Shown here: positions 13,864 through 27,225 of the stretch, one piece after another
How the letters are laid out: every line of letters begins with the position of its first letter
How positions within the stretch are numbered: the first letter of the stretch is position 1
Assembly (NCBI GenBank): GCA_964016885.1
Contig: OZ024743.1
Span: forward strand, 293,632,001 to 293,696,000
Direction of reading: 5' to 3'
Length of the DNA stretch: 64,000 nucleotides
From: Eledone cirrhosa
Lineage: Eukaryota
The notes under the pieces: generated by a model
The model's database searches: none
What the model saw: the letters and a program-made list of their open reading frames with translations, nothing else
Told to the model about the DNA's origin: nothing
Translations under genes and position numbers: made by a program

Positions 13864-14376
13864 CCCTCCCAAAGTATAACAATATCGGTTTCAACACACG
13901 TTTTCAGATAAAGAATCTTGCTAAACAAATTCAAAAACGAAATATATATATATATATATATTTCGTTTCTGAATTTGTTTAGCAAGATTCTTTATCTGAA
14001 ATCGTGTGTTGAAACCGATATTGTTATACTTTGGGAGGGTCATGTTGCCAATAAGAAACACACGCACCAGTTGCTTTCACTTCAATTTAATTTATTATAT
14101 ATTTATAAATTTACAAATTTATAAATTTCTGGTTGGTTGGTTGGTTCCACAACCAGATAGTTGTTTATATATATATATAGTCATAGTTCTTTCGTCACAC
14201 ACTCTGTGACGAAAGAACTATGACTATATATATATAAACAACTATCTGGTTGTGGAACCAACCAACCAACCAGAAATTTATAAATTTGTAAATTTATAAA
14301 TATATAATAAATTAAATTGAAGTGAAAGCAACTGGTGCGTGTGTTTCTTATTGGCAACATGACCCTCCCAAAGTAT

Positions 14377-14381
<5 letters not shown>
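13864..14381. repeat. Nested fold-back palindromes of repeat family E
   Basis: Apices at the (AT)n near 13950 and at gtcacacactctgtgac near 14200. Another E fold-back is at 15440-15806. Confidence 0.85.
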
Positions 14382-14448
<67 letters not shown>

Positions 14449-14601
14449 ATAATAATAAATTTGAAGACTAAAATCCAAAGAGGGCTCGATAAGGATAAAT
14501 ATATATCAAATATATAAGAACCGTAGGGCAAGTTTGAAATATTGAAAGATATATATATATATATATTTATTTATTTATATATATGTATATATATATATAT
14601 A

Positions 14602-14735
14602 TCTAAGGCGGGTAAAATTCCCGAGATCCATGGACGAGTTCTCTCCAGCGGTCTCTGTCCCTCATTATCGCTGCCATGTCCTGCATCTCCAACAGACCAG
14701 TGTCTGTCCTTAGGGCATCAACATACGTTAACCTT
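14602..14735 (-). mobile_element. Short 3'-terminal fragment of the RTE LINE found at 25812
   Basis: Near-identical to 25812-25944 and ends in (AT)n at the same base. Confidence 0.85.
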
Positions 14736-14848
14736 GCAAATATTTTATAACGGGCAAATATTTTTATAACTGATATAAAGCAGTCAACAAATATTTGGAG
14801 TAAAAATACGATATTAACAAATGGAAACTATATTTATAAAACCATATT

Positions 14849-14913
14849 TATTTCATTATACATATTTCAAGGACACCAAGTTAAATTATGGTGTGCTTTC
14901 ATCAGATAAAATA
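14849..14913 (-). ncRNA. Type I hammerhead, family A
   Basis: Same sequence as the 4356-4420 motif. Confidence 0.8.
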
Positions 14914-15212
14914 TAATATAGATCAGTTTTATAAATAAATATTGACATACCCTTAAAAAATGCAACCATTACTGTTGGAAGCTCCCGGGAGCTTCCAACA
15001 GTAATGGTTGCATTTTTTAAGGGTATAAAGTAGACATTAAGGACAGTGCAGGACAATGCAGGACGGTACAAATGGGCATTTCTGCGTGTAAAAAACAAAA
15101 ACAGAGGATGTAACAAAAATAACAATGAAAATAACAATGAAAAATTCCCCAATAGGTGGAGACTTATGAAATAAATATGGTTTCATAAAGATAGTTTCCA
15201 TTTGTTAATATC

Positions 15213-15254
<42 letters not shown>

Positions 15255-15269
15255 AAATATATATGTAAA

Positions 15270-15386
<117 letters not shown>

Positions 15387-15968
15387 ATCGTTTTTGAATT
15401 TTTTAGCAAGATTCTTTATCTGAAAACCTGTGTTGAAACCGATATTGTTATACTTTGGGAGGGTCATGTTGCCAATAAGAAACACACGCACCAGTCGCTT
15501 TCACTCCAATTTATTATAAATTAAATTATAAATTTAAACATTTATAAATTTCCGGTTGGTTGGTTGCACAAGCGGATGGTTGTTCATATATTGTCAAAGT
15601 TCTTTCGTCACACATTTGACAATATATGAAATTTGACAATATATGAAGTTTGACAATATATGAACAACCGTCCGGTTGTCGAACCAACCAGCCAACCGGA
15701 AATTTATAAATTCTTAAATTTATAATTTAATTTATAATAAATAGGAGTGAAAGCAACTGGGGCGTGTGTTTCTTATTTGCAACATGACCCTCCCAAAGTA
15801 TCACAATATATATATATAGAGATTTTGAGTTTATGTTGGTTGTATACCAACACCTCAGTATGCAGGCTGGAGCACTCAACGAGGTGCGCAGGTTGGTTTG
15901 GTTACTCCGGAGTAGTGTAAAATAAAGTTAAATAAAAGTCAAATGATTAAAATTTAGCTTCGTTTATT

Positions 15969-16023
15969 ACTGCTATATATATTTCAGTGACAGCCATCTA
16001 TGGCTGTGACCTCTTCAGGCAGT
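15969..16023 (-). ncRNA. Type I hammerhead, family B (PLE pLTR)
   Basis: Minus strand reads actgc CTGAAGA ggtcacagccatagatggctgtcact GAAA TATATA TA gcagt. Confidence 0.88.
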
Positions 16024-17223
16024 TTGAATTAGTATGGTATAGACAAGTACATATGTTGTTTAGGTGTATAATATTGTCAATACTCTGATATGCCCAGTTC
16101 CTTGTTGGGTTGTTAATTCACTGAGGAACTGGAGTCATATGAATTCAAACAAACGAATTTCAGTGTCAAAGGTCCCCTTCTCCTCTCATTGGTCAGTTAT
16201 TAGAACATTCCTCATTCTAAGTGTTGTTATTGTTGGAGTTAGCTTAAAAATTGATAAAATGGTAGAAGGGACAAGGTGTTAAAGGAACAAAATAACAAAA
16301 AAAGTGTCAAACTTCCCATTGGTCAGTTCTGAGAGCATTCCTCAGTCAGAAGTCTATAGAATTCTTTCTGGGGTGAGGCTCCCTGTAGTGTTTGTGTTTG
16401 CTATTGTTCAGTACATTTGACCTCCACCATTATTTTGGTACTGTTGTTGGTGTAGTAGTCAGCTTATATCTTGCTGCTGCTAACAATTTAGAAGTATCCA
16501 GTTTGTGTTTTTTCTTCATCCCTCCCGCCACCAACGTAGTGGTGGTGGTGGTGGGGAGGGTGTTCTTCCATGTATATGAAGAAATATAAGGCAATAAATG
16601 AAGAAAACAGAAAATAAATAAATAATATAATAAAATAATTAGTATAATTTGTGTAATTTGAAAATAAATAAATAAATAGAGAATAAAGAATAAAGAATAA
16701 ATGAGAGATTGGTGAAAATGTAATGAAAATGTATATGGAGAAGTGAGAAATAATGTAGGATAAAGTGTGTGTGTGTGTGCTATAACCAATCCCAAGGTCA
16801 GAATATGTTGGATAGATTGGTATGAGACAAGATGTTAAGATGAGATATTCAAACTCAATGTGTTTGTGTTATAATCTATCTCAACTTAAAATAAATATAA
16901 GGTGATACAGTGAAGAGGGCAGAAAACAAATAACAATTAATAAAGAGAAATCAAGATTTAAGATTGGAACTTGAAAGTCAGAAATCTGGTAAATTAAAAG
17001 TGTTTGTGTTATAGATGTTGGCCAAATTATTATGGCTGTGTCCGATTCTATCTCTAGGCTATCATGGTGTCTGCTCCGCCTGGGTTGTTCCCTGTGGCTT
17101 GAGGGGAGTTCACAGCCTAGGGTGTTGTTATTGCCCATATAGCTTGAGGGAGGTCTGGCCGAGAGGTGTTTTCATGTTCTGTAGAAGTCCCTATAGCTTG
17201 AGGGGAGTTCACATCTTGTGTTG

Positions 17224-19865
17224 CTACTGTCCATATATCTTGAGAAAGGTCCCGGCTCTAAGGTGTCTGCATGTCCCGAAGAAGTCGGTTCTGAGGTTTA
17301 TCAGGCCGCTTCCACCTCTTAGTATCTCGAGGGTCTCGTTCAGGCATAGTTTGCATATGCAAGATCCCCCTTTATCGGGTGGTACTTTCCTGATTATGTA
17401 CCAGGCTAGAGAGTATGGGGTCCTGTCCAGCTTCCAGATCAGGTCGGAGAGAGCTGTGCTTTTCTTTTTGGCCTCCTTCTTGAATGAATGGCGGTCCTTA
17501 AAGCTCGTTGATGTGGCTCCTATGTAGAGGTGTTCGGAGTTGGGGGTTTTAACCCTACAACCGTACACTAGGTTCTTCTTGAGACATTCATTACCAAGGG
17601 GGCATGATTCGGGGTTTCTGCAGTTGCAGAGGGTGGTCGGCCTCTGCGTGCCTAGATTAGGGTTCTCATTATGTGTTACATGTTGGTCTTCCCCCATGCT
17701 CGGTGGGGGGTCCTTGGGTCTGTTTGTGTTTCTTGGGTGGGCTCTGGGTCCCCCCTTCCCTCCTTTCACATGGTTCTACTGAGTGTTTGTATTGCCATCT
17801 TCTGGTTGTGTGTGGTTTTTAAGCCTACTTCTGTTGATGCTAGCTATGTGTTGGGCCAAATTTCTCGTGGTGGAATACGAAAGCTTCACAGTGTGTCTGT
17901 TGAAGATCCTGTGGTATCTGTGGTCCCTCGGGAAGCATTTGTCAAGTGCTCCAAAGAATAATCGGGCCAAGCTTTTCTTTAGGGCCGCTGAGTAGGGTGG
18001 GTTGTACCACGTGATTTGTCGGTGTCTCCCCCTATATGTGTGGGTTGGGGGCTTCGTGATTTGTTGGAGATTTGTTGGGTTGCTGGTGGTTTCCGCACTG
18101 TTGCTTCCCTTTTGGGCTCTATACTTTTTGTTATCTTCGCGGCCCGGATTTGTGGGGTGGTTGTTGTCCGCCCCGGGAGATCCATCGTGGGGTGGTCGCC
18201 CCCCCCCCACGTGTCCTGCGGTTGGGGTTGTCCGTCCTGGGGTAGTTAGCGTCACTCCTGAGACTGCTACTCATATTGTGCTCCATCTCGTGGTCAAGCG
18301 CACTAGTCCCCACCGCCCGTGTGGTGGTGTCTGGTACATGGTGCCTATTTGATTCTGCTCTGCCTGTATTGTTAGGGTTCGCCCTCTGGCAACGCGGTTG
18401 TGGGTGTCTGTTGGGCTATCCACCTCCCACTTTTCGGACTATATGTTATAATTTGTCCATGTGCCGCCTTCTTTAGAGCTGCGTTGTAATATTCCGCGTG
18501 ATTGTTGAATATTTCCTTACTTGCGGACAGGCTGGAGATCCTGTCCGAGACACTCTTCACCACTGCCTTGGTTATGGATCTAGGGTGGTTTGATTTGGCG
18601 TTAACATATACGAGTTTCTCGTTGGGCTTGTGGTAGGGGTAGTATTGCTCGGTGTTCAGGTTTAGGGTGGTGTCTAGGAAGTTAACTACCTTCCTATTTG
18701 GGTCTATTTCTATGCTGAGCCCATGGTTCTTAAAGAAATGGCAAATACGCCTCCTCATACTCTCCAACATATTGGTGCTGTGGTCATGTACTGTGAATAG
18801 AGCATCGTCACGATATAATCCGCCGCCCAGGCAGGGGATTTCATCTTTTATCTGCTTCAGCAGGTAGAGCCCGACCAGGTCCGTTACCTGCGCTGAGTCG
18901 CTGGAGCCTATCGTGATGTCAAAGCTATTTGGCCAATCACTCCTGGTCCAAAGGTCTCCATCGAAGCGGATTAAGGTCTATCTTGCGGCGTGGATGATGC
19001 TCACCTCCTCTCGGGATAGGTCCGTATTGGACTTCGCTAAAAATAGGGCCTTATTAAGTACTATGGGTGAGATTGAGGAGTAGTAGCTTGCGATGTCCAG
19101 TTGTATAAAGCTGGTCCTACTTTTCTCATGCAGTATTTTGAACCATTTTATTACTTCTCTCGTGCATGACCATTGCTGTAATTTGGTTTTCTTCCGAAGC
19201 TTGGGCAAAATCCTATCCAGTATTCTTTTACTGACGATCCCTAGGTCAGATCTGGAGGGGGCTATTAGTCTGACAGGGAGGTCGGACTCAAAGTTTGACT
19301 TGTGGTCTTTAAGGGTAATCCGCGGCTCCCTTGGTTGGTATGGGGCCGTCCTGTCCTCTATGCCGATTCTGGATATAATCCTGTAAGCTGTGGCATTGAT
19401 CTCATCCAGGGTAAATCCAGGTGTTTTTTTGTAGCACTTCCTCAGTTCCCTGAGGATTAGCTTATTGTACAGTTCAGTGTTCATGTTGTAGAGGTTGTTT
19501 GTTTTGTCAGCATGGACAAGTATTCCAGTTGTCCCTTTAAGTACTGTAATCCGGTTTCTCAGGTGTCTGAGGTACTCCTGACTTCTGGTTGGGTTTCCGG
19601 AGAATTTGAGGTTGGATATGATGTTAATCATCTCGTTTTCAAACTCCTCCATTAGTCTGTTGTGGGGGGGATTCCTCCTTGATCGAAAAAGGTACTCCAT
19701 GTTTTCTGTGTTGGTAGTTTTCTGCGTTCCTCTTTCGAAGTGGAACACCTTCCATCTCATCCTACGGATGAGGGAGTCCGTACTCTTGATGAGATCACTG
19801 GTGTATTCTCGTTTATCAGGTAGGGGGATGTCCTTCAGTGACGCTAAGGTTGCCAGTTTATCCAT
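17224..19865 (-). pseudogene. PLE reverse transcriptase-GIY-YIG polyprotein with a premature stop and frameshifts
   Basis: ADKT motif, QLDIASYYSSI, TAG at 18978, then in frame FDITIGSSDSAQVTDLVGLY..GLYRDD, VNFLD, WYNPPY, CNCRNPESCPL and LVYGC..YIGAT. Confidence 0.92.
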
Positions 19866-20761
19866 AGTGACTTGGGTCCGCTACTGTTTGAAGCGCTCAA
19901 CCCGTGTGGGAGCTAGATAGATTTTGAGTTTATGTTGGTTGTATACGAACACCTCAGTATGCAGGCTGGAGCACTCGACGAAGTACGCAGGTTGGTTTGG
20001 TTACTCCGGAGTAGTGTAAAATAAAGTTAAATAAAAGTCAAATGATTAAAATTTAGCTTCGTTACTTTTTCACCAATCTCTCATTTATTCTTTATTCTTT
20101 ATTCTCTATTTATTTATTTATTTTCAAATTACACAAATTATACTAATTATTTTATTATATTATTTATTTATTTTCTGTTTTCTTCATTTATTGCCTTATA
20201 TTTCTTCATATACATGGAAGAACACCCTCCCCACCACCACCACCACTACGTTGGTGGCGGGAGGGATGAAGAAAAAACACAAACTGGATACTTCTAAATT
20301 GTTAGCAGCAGCAAGATATAAGCTGACTACTACACCAACAACAGTACCAAAATAATGGTGGAGGTCAAATGTACTGAACAACAGCAGGCAAAAACACTAC
20401 AGGGAGCCTCACCCCAGAAAGAATTCTATAGACTTCTGACTGAGGAATGCTCTCAGAACTGACCAATGGGAAGTTTGACACTTTTTTTGTTATTTTGTTC
20501 CTTTAACACCTTGTCCCTTCTACCATTTTATCAATTTTTAAGCTAACTCCAACAATAACAACACTTAGAATTAGGAATGTTCTAATAACTGACCAACGAG
20601 GGGAGAAGGGGACCTTTGACACTGAAATTCGTTTGTTTGAATTCATATGACTCCAGTTCCACAGTGAATTAACAACCCAACAAGGAACTGGGCATATCAG
20701 AGTATTGACAATATTATACACCTAAACAACATATGTACTTGTCTATACCATACTAATTCAA

Positions 20762-20816
20762 ACTGCCTGAAGAGGTCACAGCCATAGATGGCTGTCACTG
20801 AAATATATATAGCAGT
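20762..20816 (+). ncRNA. Type I hammerhead, family B (inverted pLTR)
   Basis: actgc CTGAAGA ggtcacagccatagatggctgtcact GAAA TATATA TA gcagt. Confidence 0.88.
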
Positions 20817-20860
20817 AATAAACAAAGCTAAATTTTAATCATTTGACTTTTATTTAACTT

Positions 20861-20918
<58 letters not shown>

Positions 20919-21212
20919 TATAAAGTATGTCCATAGAATAATTTGATAAGATATATACACCATTTTCTCTCCCAATCAGCATAATCAACCACACATAAAA
21001 CCAATTAAACCAGGCTATAAGATTAAAAGGCACCTATGAAGAAATAATAGATAAATAAACGACAGCCATCTTTTCGCGATCAACAGCTACAGAATATTTA
21101 ACCAGCATTTCAATAGCACGTGGAAATCGATTAAATATATCGTCAACCATACACAATTATTTATAAAATTAAAGTTAGAAGAAAAAATGTATATAAACAT
21201 ACCAGGATTACG

Positions 21213-21272
<60 letters not shown>

Positions 21273-21341
21273 TATATTTATATATATATTATATATATTA
21301 TATATATTATATATTATATATTAGATATATATTATATATAT

Positions 21342-21411
<70 letters not shown>

Positions 21412-21474
21412 TATATTTATATATATATATTATATATATATATTATATATATTATATATTATATATATATTGTA

Positions 21475-21607
<133 letters not shown>

Positions 21608-21896
21608 TCATTAATTCCTCTACTATCCAAATACGTCACCTAGGCAATTATCTATAAAAGTCTAATTACTAATTAAGATTACAGCGAAGAACAGTTTCAA
21701 GAATGAACTTTTTCTCACTATTTCTCGATTTCCACATCCCCAAACATTGACCTCCTCTTTCTCACATCCACAACACATTTGTTTTGTTTGTTTTTTAATT
21801 ACATTCATTATTGATGTTATGGTTATCATGACTACTATAATCATTATCATCACGATCGCCCCCGTTACCATCATTATCATCATTATCATCGTTAAC

Positions 21897-21927
<31 letters not shown>

Positions 21928-22240
21928 CTTCTTCTTCTTCTTCTTCTTCTTCTTCTTCTTCTTCTTCTTCTTCTTCTTCTATAATTATATCCTTGCTGCT
22001 GTTCAGTTTCGTTAAATTGAAATTACAATTTTTATTATTCGGAAATATTATGTAATTATTACAACTTAGAATTGTATTGTACTCAATGTCAGTGTTGTAG
22101 TGCTCTTCGAGTTTGGTGAGATTTCTGCTAGATCCTGTTAATATTGTATTGAATTTCAATTTAAAGATTTGAATTTCATTTCTTTTTCCATTTTCGACGT
22201 TTTTGTTATTGTTTTTCATTTCGGTCTAAATCCTAATTCT

Positions 22241-22430
22241 GGTGGATTGGCAGTATTGGTAGAGGGTCGGATGCCATGCTTTGCAGCAAAGAGTTACGTC
22301 CCTTTATGGTCTGAGTTCAAATCCCGCCGAGGTTAACTTTGCCTTTCATCCTTACGGGGTCGATAAAATAAAGCACCAGTAACACACTGGGCTAATTGCT
22401 GGCCTTGTGCCAAATGTAGAAACAATTATT
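22241..22430 (+). mobile_element. tRNA-derived SINE
   Basis: Box A-like tggcagtattgg, box B gagttcaaatcc, central gcctttcatccttacggggtcgataaa domain and ATT tail. Six near-full copies are in the window. Confidence 0.85.
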
Positions 22431-22548
22431 AGTTGAACCAACTTAAGCAGCTTCATATGCAAATGAGATTAATCACCTCATTTACACAGATGTGACAATC
22501 ATATATTCTCGCCTGTTTTCAAGTTCAGCAGTTGCAAGAGTGGGAGAG

Positions 22549-22592
22549 ATCGTCCTGATGAGAATCAGTTCCGTCCGAAATGCATCGACGAT
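22549..22592 (+). ncRNA. Minimal type I hammerhead candidate
   Basis: atcgtc CTGATGA gaatcagttccgtcc GAAA TGC ATC gacgat. Stem I is a perfect 6 bp, ATGCAT is palindromic and stem II is weak. Confidence 0.65.
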
Positions 22593-23383
22593 TGTCCCCC
22601 TTACTTCTGCTGGACACAACCAGAGGGCGTTAGCCCCGGTGTTTTGCATAGCTGTCTAAATATTTACCTGTAAACATACCGTATTTCTTTAGAAATATGA
22701 AATTCTAATATATATATATATATATATATTAAAATAACAGATTAAAGTTTAAGCAAAGAATCACTGCTTTCGCCCTTAACGGGATCTTCTGAAACTAAAA
22801 AAAAATCAATCTGTGGACGTAGAAGAAAATATTTCGAAAAACGTTGCAACCGAAATAAAACAGGAAGACGATACTTTGCTCGACGGTTTTTATATATTTA
22901 TATATACTAGCATAAAAACCACCCCACGGGTTGTTTTCTGCTAGCATGTGTAGTGTGCATATTGATATTATACGCCAGTATATATACATGTAGATATGAT
23001 ACAACAAATAAAATCGTAATTGACAATATACACAGAAATTGAACGAAGACTGCGTTACACTCTTTTATGTAATCAGTAACGTAATCCTTGATACATTAAA
23101 AAAAAGAATATTTTATATGAACTGCATTAGGAGAAAATTAGCGACGGAAATATATGAATGTTTATTTAAGCGATCGCTAACCGGAAGTGTTGACATTTGA
23201 AAAATTTAAAGGAGTGAATCTTAAAATAAGGAACACAATTATTTATATTTAATCAAGAATAACGAAATTTAGTAGATAAATTATGTAATATTCATTCCTT
23301 ACATATATTAGGCTGCTCAGCCGTTAATAAGCATAAGGAAAGTATATACTTTCAGACGTTCAATCATCTGACAGGAAGGTATA

Positions 23384-23424
23384 CGGTGCTGACGATAGCT
23401 AATAAGCTTGAAACTAGTACATCG
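23384..23424 (+). ncRNA. Minimal type I hammerhead (420-bp unit copy 23311-23694)
   Basis: cggtg CTGACGA tagctaataagctt GAAAC TA GTA catcg. Stem I pairing is kept despite substitutions relative to 12130-12170. Confidence 0.85.
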
Positions 23425-23693
23425 TTCCTTTGTCAGTGTTGAACAAAAGAGCAACGATGGCTGCTAAACACTGTACGGCTTAATTCGGGATGTTTGTTTA
23501 CAAACACACCGATCATTATAATAAATGTTCGGTAAATCCATACGTACATATATATATGTGTGCATGTATGTATATATATATATACATACTACTGTACGTC
23601 TATATACACATATGTATGTACGTATACATACTTATATTTAAGTAACAGCCGTATTAAGAGTGAGAAATGAAATTTCGTTTTATTTTTTCCGTT

Positions 23694-24648
<955 letters not shown>

Positions 24649-24696
24649 CTATATATATATATATGGTCCATCTGCTTCCTTACCACAATTCCTTCG

Positions 24697-24762
<66 letters not shown>

Positions 24763-24763
24763 A

Positions 24764-25035
24764 TGGCAGGTCGTTCTTCAGCACTACTGGTACCATGTAA
24801 CCCAGTGCAATCTATGCATGGTCGGGTTGTCCGCGTCTAAATTGGCAACAATAATAAGCTTGGTTGGTGGGGAGTGTGATTTTGGAAACCATGCAGGATA
24901 AAAACCAAAACCCATCAAAGGAACAGAAGAGAGTCAACGGCCTCCCAATATATATTTTGTGTAGAAAGAGAGACTACTAGTCTTCATGAAGACATCTCTC
25001 TAGGCGAAGGTTACTCTGACATATAAAACTTGCGA
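24764..25035 (+). repeat. Diverged homologue of the 5' part of the 610-bp element
   Basis: Collinear blocks caggtc, ctactggt, cccagt, catggtcgggt, ctaaa.tggcaac, tgcagga, agagtcaa and ctagg.gaagg..actctga. Confidence 0.7.
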
Positions 25036-25052
25036 CTTCGTTTGCATCTACT

Positions 25053-25264
25053 GCAAACCTTTGATCAAAGTAATTATTATAGACCACCAATTATTGATTT
25101 TGGTAAAAATCTCAAGATCTTGATCTTCTTCATCAGTATTTATGTCTTTGCTATATATATGTCGCGCACTGCTTTAAAAGACTACTCATATACTCATGAT
25201 CTTGAGATATTTTCCAAAATGGATAATTGGTAATCGACAATATTTACTGTGATCGAAGAATTGC
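25053..25264. mobile_element. Old MITE-like element with about 60-bp imperfect terminal inverted repeats
   Basis: 25063-25119 pairs with the reverse complement of 25198-25254. Confidence 0.5.
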
Positions 25265-25641
25265 ATTCTTGTTTTTTTTTTGATTTCCAGAAACAGATCT
25301 GTCCATGAAAAATTAAACCATTTTAAATTCACACATCTGTATATATGTATAAAATACTAGTTTGTTTCTCAATTGAAACATTGTGTAAAAAATCGTTTAT
25401 CAAATGATACATATATATAAATATAGTAAAATAAAAATTACATAATATTTATTCATACATAGTATATATCATATTGTTTATTATATATGTATTAAAGATT
25501 TTATATATTATATATCATTTACAATATGCGTGTAGGAAAGTCTCTCTCTGGAAATAGGGTTGAGGGCGCTGAGGGTATTACGTAATCTCGAAGGGGACGA
25601 AAACCCAAAACGTTTGAGAATTTCTGCCTTAGATATAGGAA

Positions 25642-25702
<61 letters not shown>

Positions 25703-25738
25703 CACACACACATATATATACACACATATATATGCATA

Positions 25739-25811
<73 letters not shown>

Positions 25812-25813
<2 letters not shown>

Positions 25814-27204
25814 AAGGCGGGTAAAATTCCCGAGATCCATGGACGAGTTCTCTCCAACGGTCTCTGTCCCTCATTATCGCTGCCATATCCTGCATCTCCA
25901 ACAGACCAGTGTCTGTCCTTAGGGCATCAACATATGTTAACCTTGGTCTTCCTCTTCTAGTGTGTCCATGTAGGGGCTTCCAAAGGAGCACTGAGTGCAA
26001 TGTCAACTCTGGATGTCGGTGAGCATGTCCAGCCAACCTCAGTCTCCTCTGTGTCACTTTTGAGCTGACTTTTGGGATGCTCCCATACAGCTCTGAGTTT
26101 TTCATCCTCAGTGTATACTGATTAATGTTCAGAGCCATCCTCAGCATTCTCGTGTAGCACCATCTGAGTGAGTCTCTTGGTCAGTGTCCAAGTCTCAGAC
26201 CCATAGAGCAGCACAGACTCCACTACAGCAATGAAGAGGCGGATTTTCAGGTCTCCACGAAGGTCCGACTTCCACACCGATCTCAAGCTGTGACACGCCG
26301 CCCAGGCCTTGCTCTTCCTCTCAACCACATCATCTTCCGTATTTCCAATCTTTGCTCCCAAATACAGGAAGTCCTCAACCAATTCCAGCGGCTTCCCGCC
26401 TACATTAGTGATCCCCTCTGGCTTCTCAACATTCTCTACCAGATATTTTGTTTTAGTCTCATTCATTCTCAGCCCCACACTCATCGACACAGTCTCAACC
26501 TCCCGCTTCAAATCCTCTGCCTCCGTCACTGTATTTGTCACCAAAACTATGTCGTCGGAAAATTCAGCATCCGATACCTTTTTCGCCCCAACTCTCCTGC
26601 TCTGAGCCGGTGCTACAGTAAAGCCAGTGTCCTGGTGTTTCTCCAGTGCAAGGCGCATACAATAGTCCACTACGATGATAAAAAGGTAGGGAGCCAATGT
26701 ATCTCCCTGGAGCACTCCAGCCAGTATCTCAAAGAACTCTGTCATCCCATCAGGTGTAATGACTTGGGCTTTGGTGTTGGTGTAGAGCAGTGATATCAGG
26801 TCCACTATCCTCTTGGGGATTCCATAAGCCTGTAAGATCTTCATCAGGCAGTAACGGTCCACAGAATCAAAGGCCTTCCTAAAGTCAATGAAAACCATGA
26901 CCGCAGGAAGGCACTTTGCTCTAGCTCCCTCTAATATCCTCCTCAGCATCAGGATGTGACTGGTGGTTGATCTACCCTCTCTGAAGCCGTTCTGGTTGTC
27001 CCTGAGCTTCTTCTCCATCTCAGGCTGGATCCTGTTAAGAATCATCCTGTTGAGGGTCTTTGCCACAAGTGACGTCAGTGAGATCCTCCGGTAGTTGTTG
27101 GTGTTAGAGAGATCTCCCTTCTTTGGCACTGGGACGATGCTACTGATCCTCCACTGATTCGGGGCAACTCCTTTCTCCAGTGCCCCGTTACAGAACCCCA
27201 GGAG
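25812..27204 (-). pseudogene. RTE-clade LINE, RT domain and 3' end
   Basis: NYRRISL, QNGFREGRS, FIDFRKAFD, GVLQGDTLAPYLF, FSDD and LLYGSETWTL motifs. Frameshift near 26150 and (AT)n tail. Confidence 0.92.
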
Positions 27205-27225
27205 TGGGTAGGAGGAGTGGGTTTT

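Larger units (their letters stand above)
15820..20866 (-). mobile_element. Near-complete Penelope-like element with direct and inverted pseudo-LTRs
   Basis: 15820-15963 is repeated directly at 19919-20063. 15918-16718 is repeated inverted at 20067-20866. The RT+GIY-YIG ORF lies between, and the pLTR carries a hammerhead. Confidence 0.92.

Noticed and set aside
21662-22219. 185-aa poly-Glu ORF
   Set aside because: It arises from a (CTT)n microsatellite and AT-rich sequence, with no recognisable domain.
22747-22795. Hammerhead-like motif on the minus strand (CAGAAGA..GAAAGC)
   Set aside because: U4 is changed, stem I is weak and there is no second copy to support it. The similar remnant at about 25587-25620 is also too degenerate.
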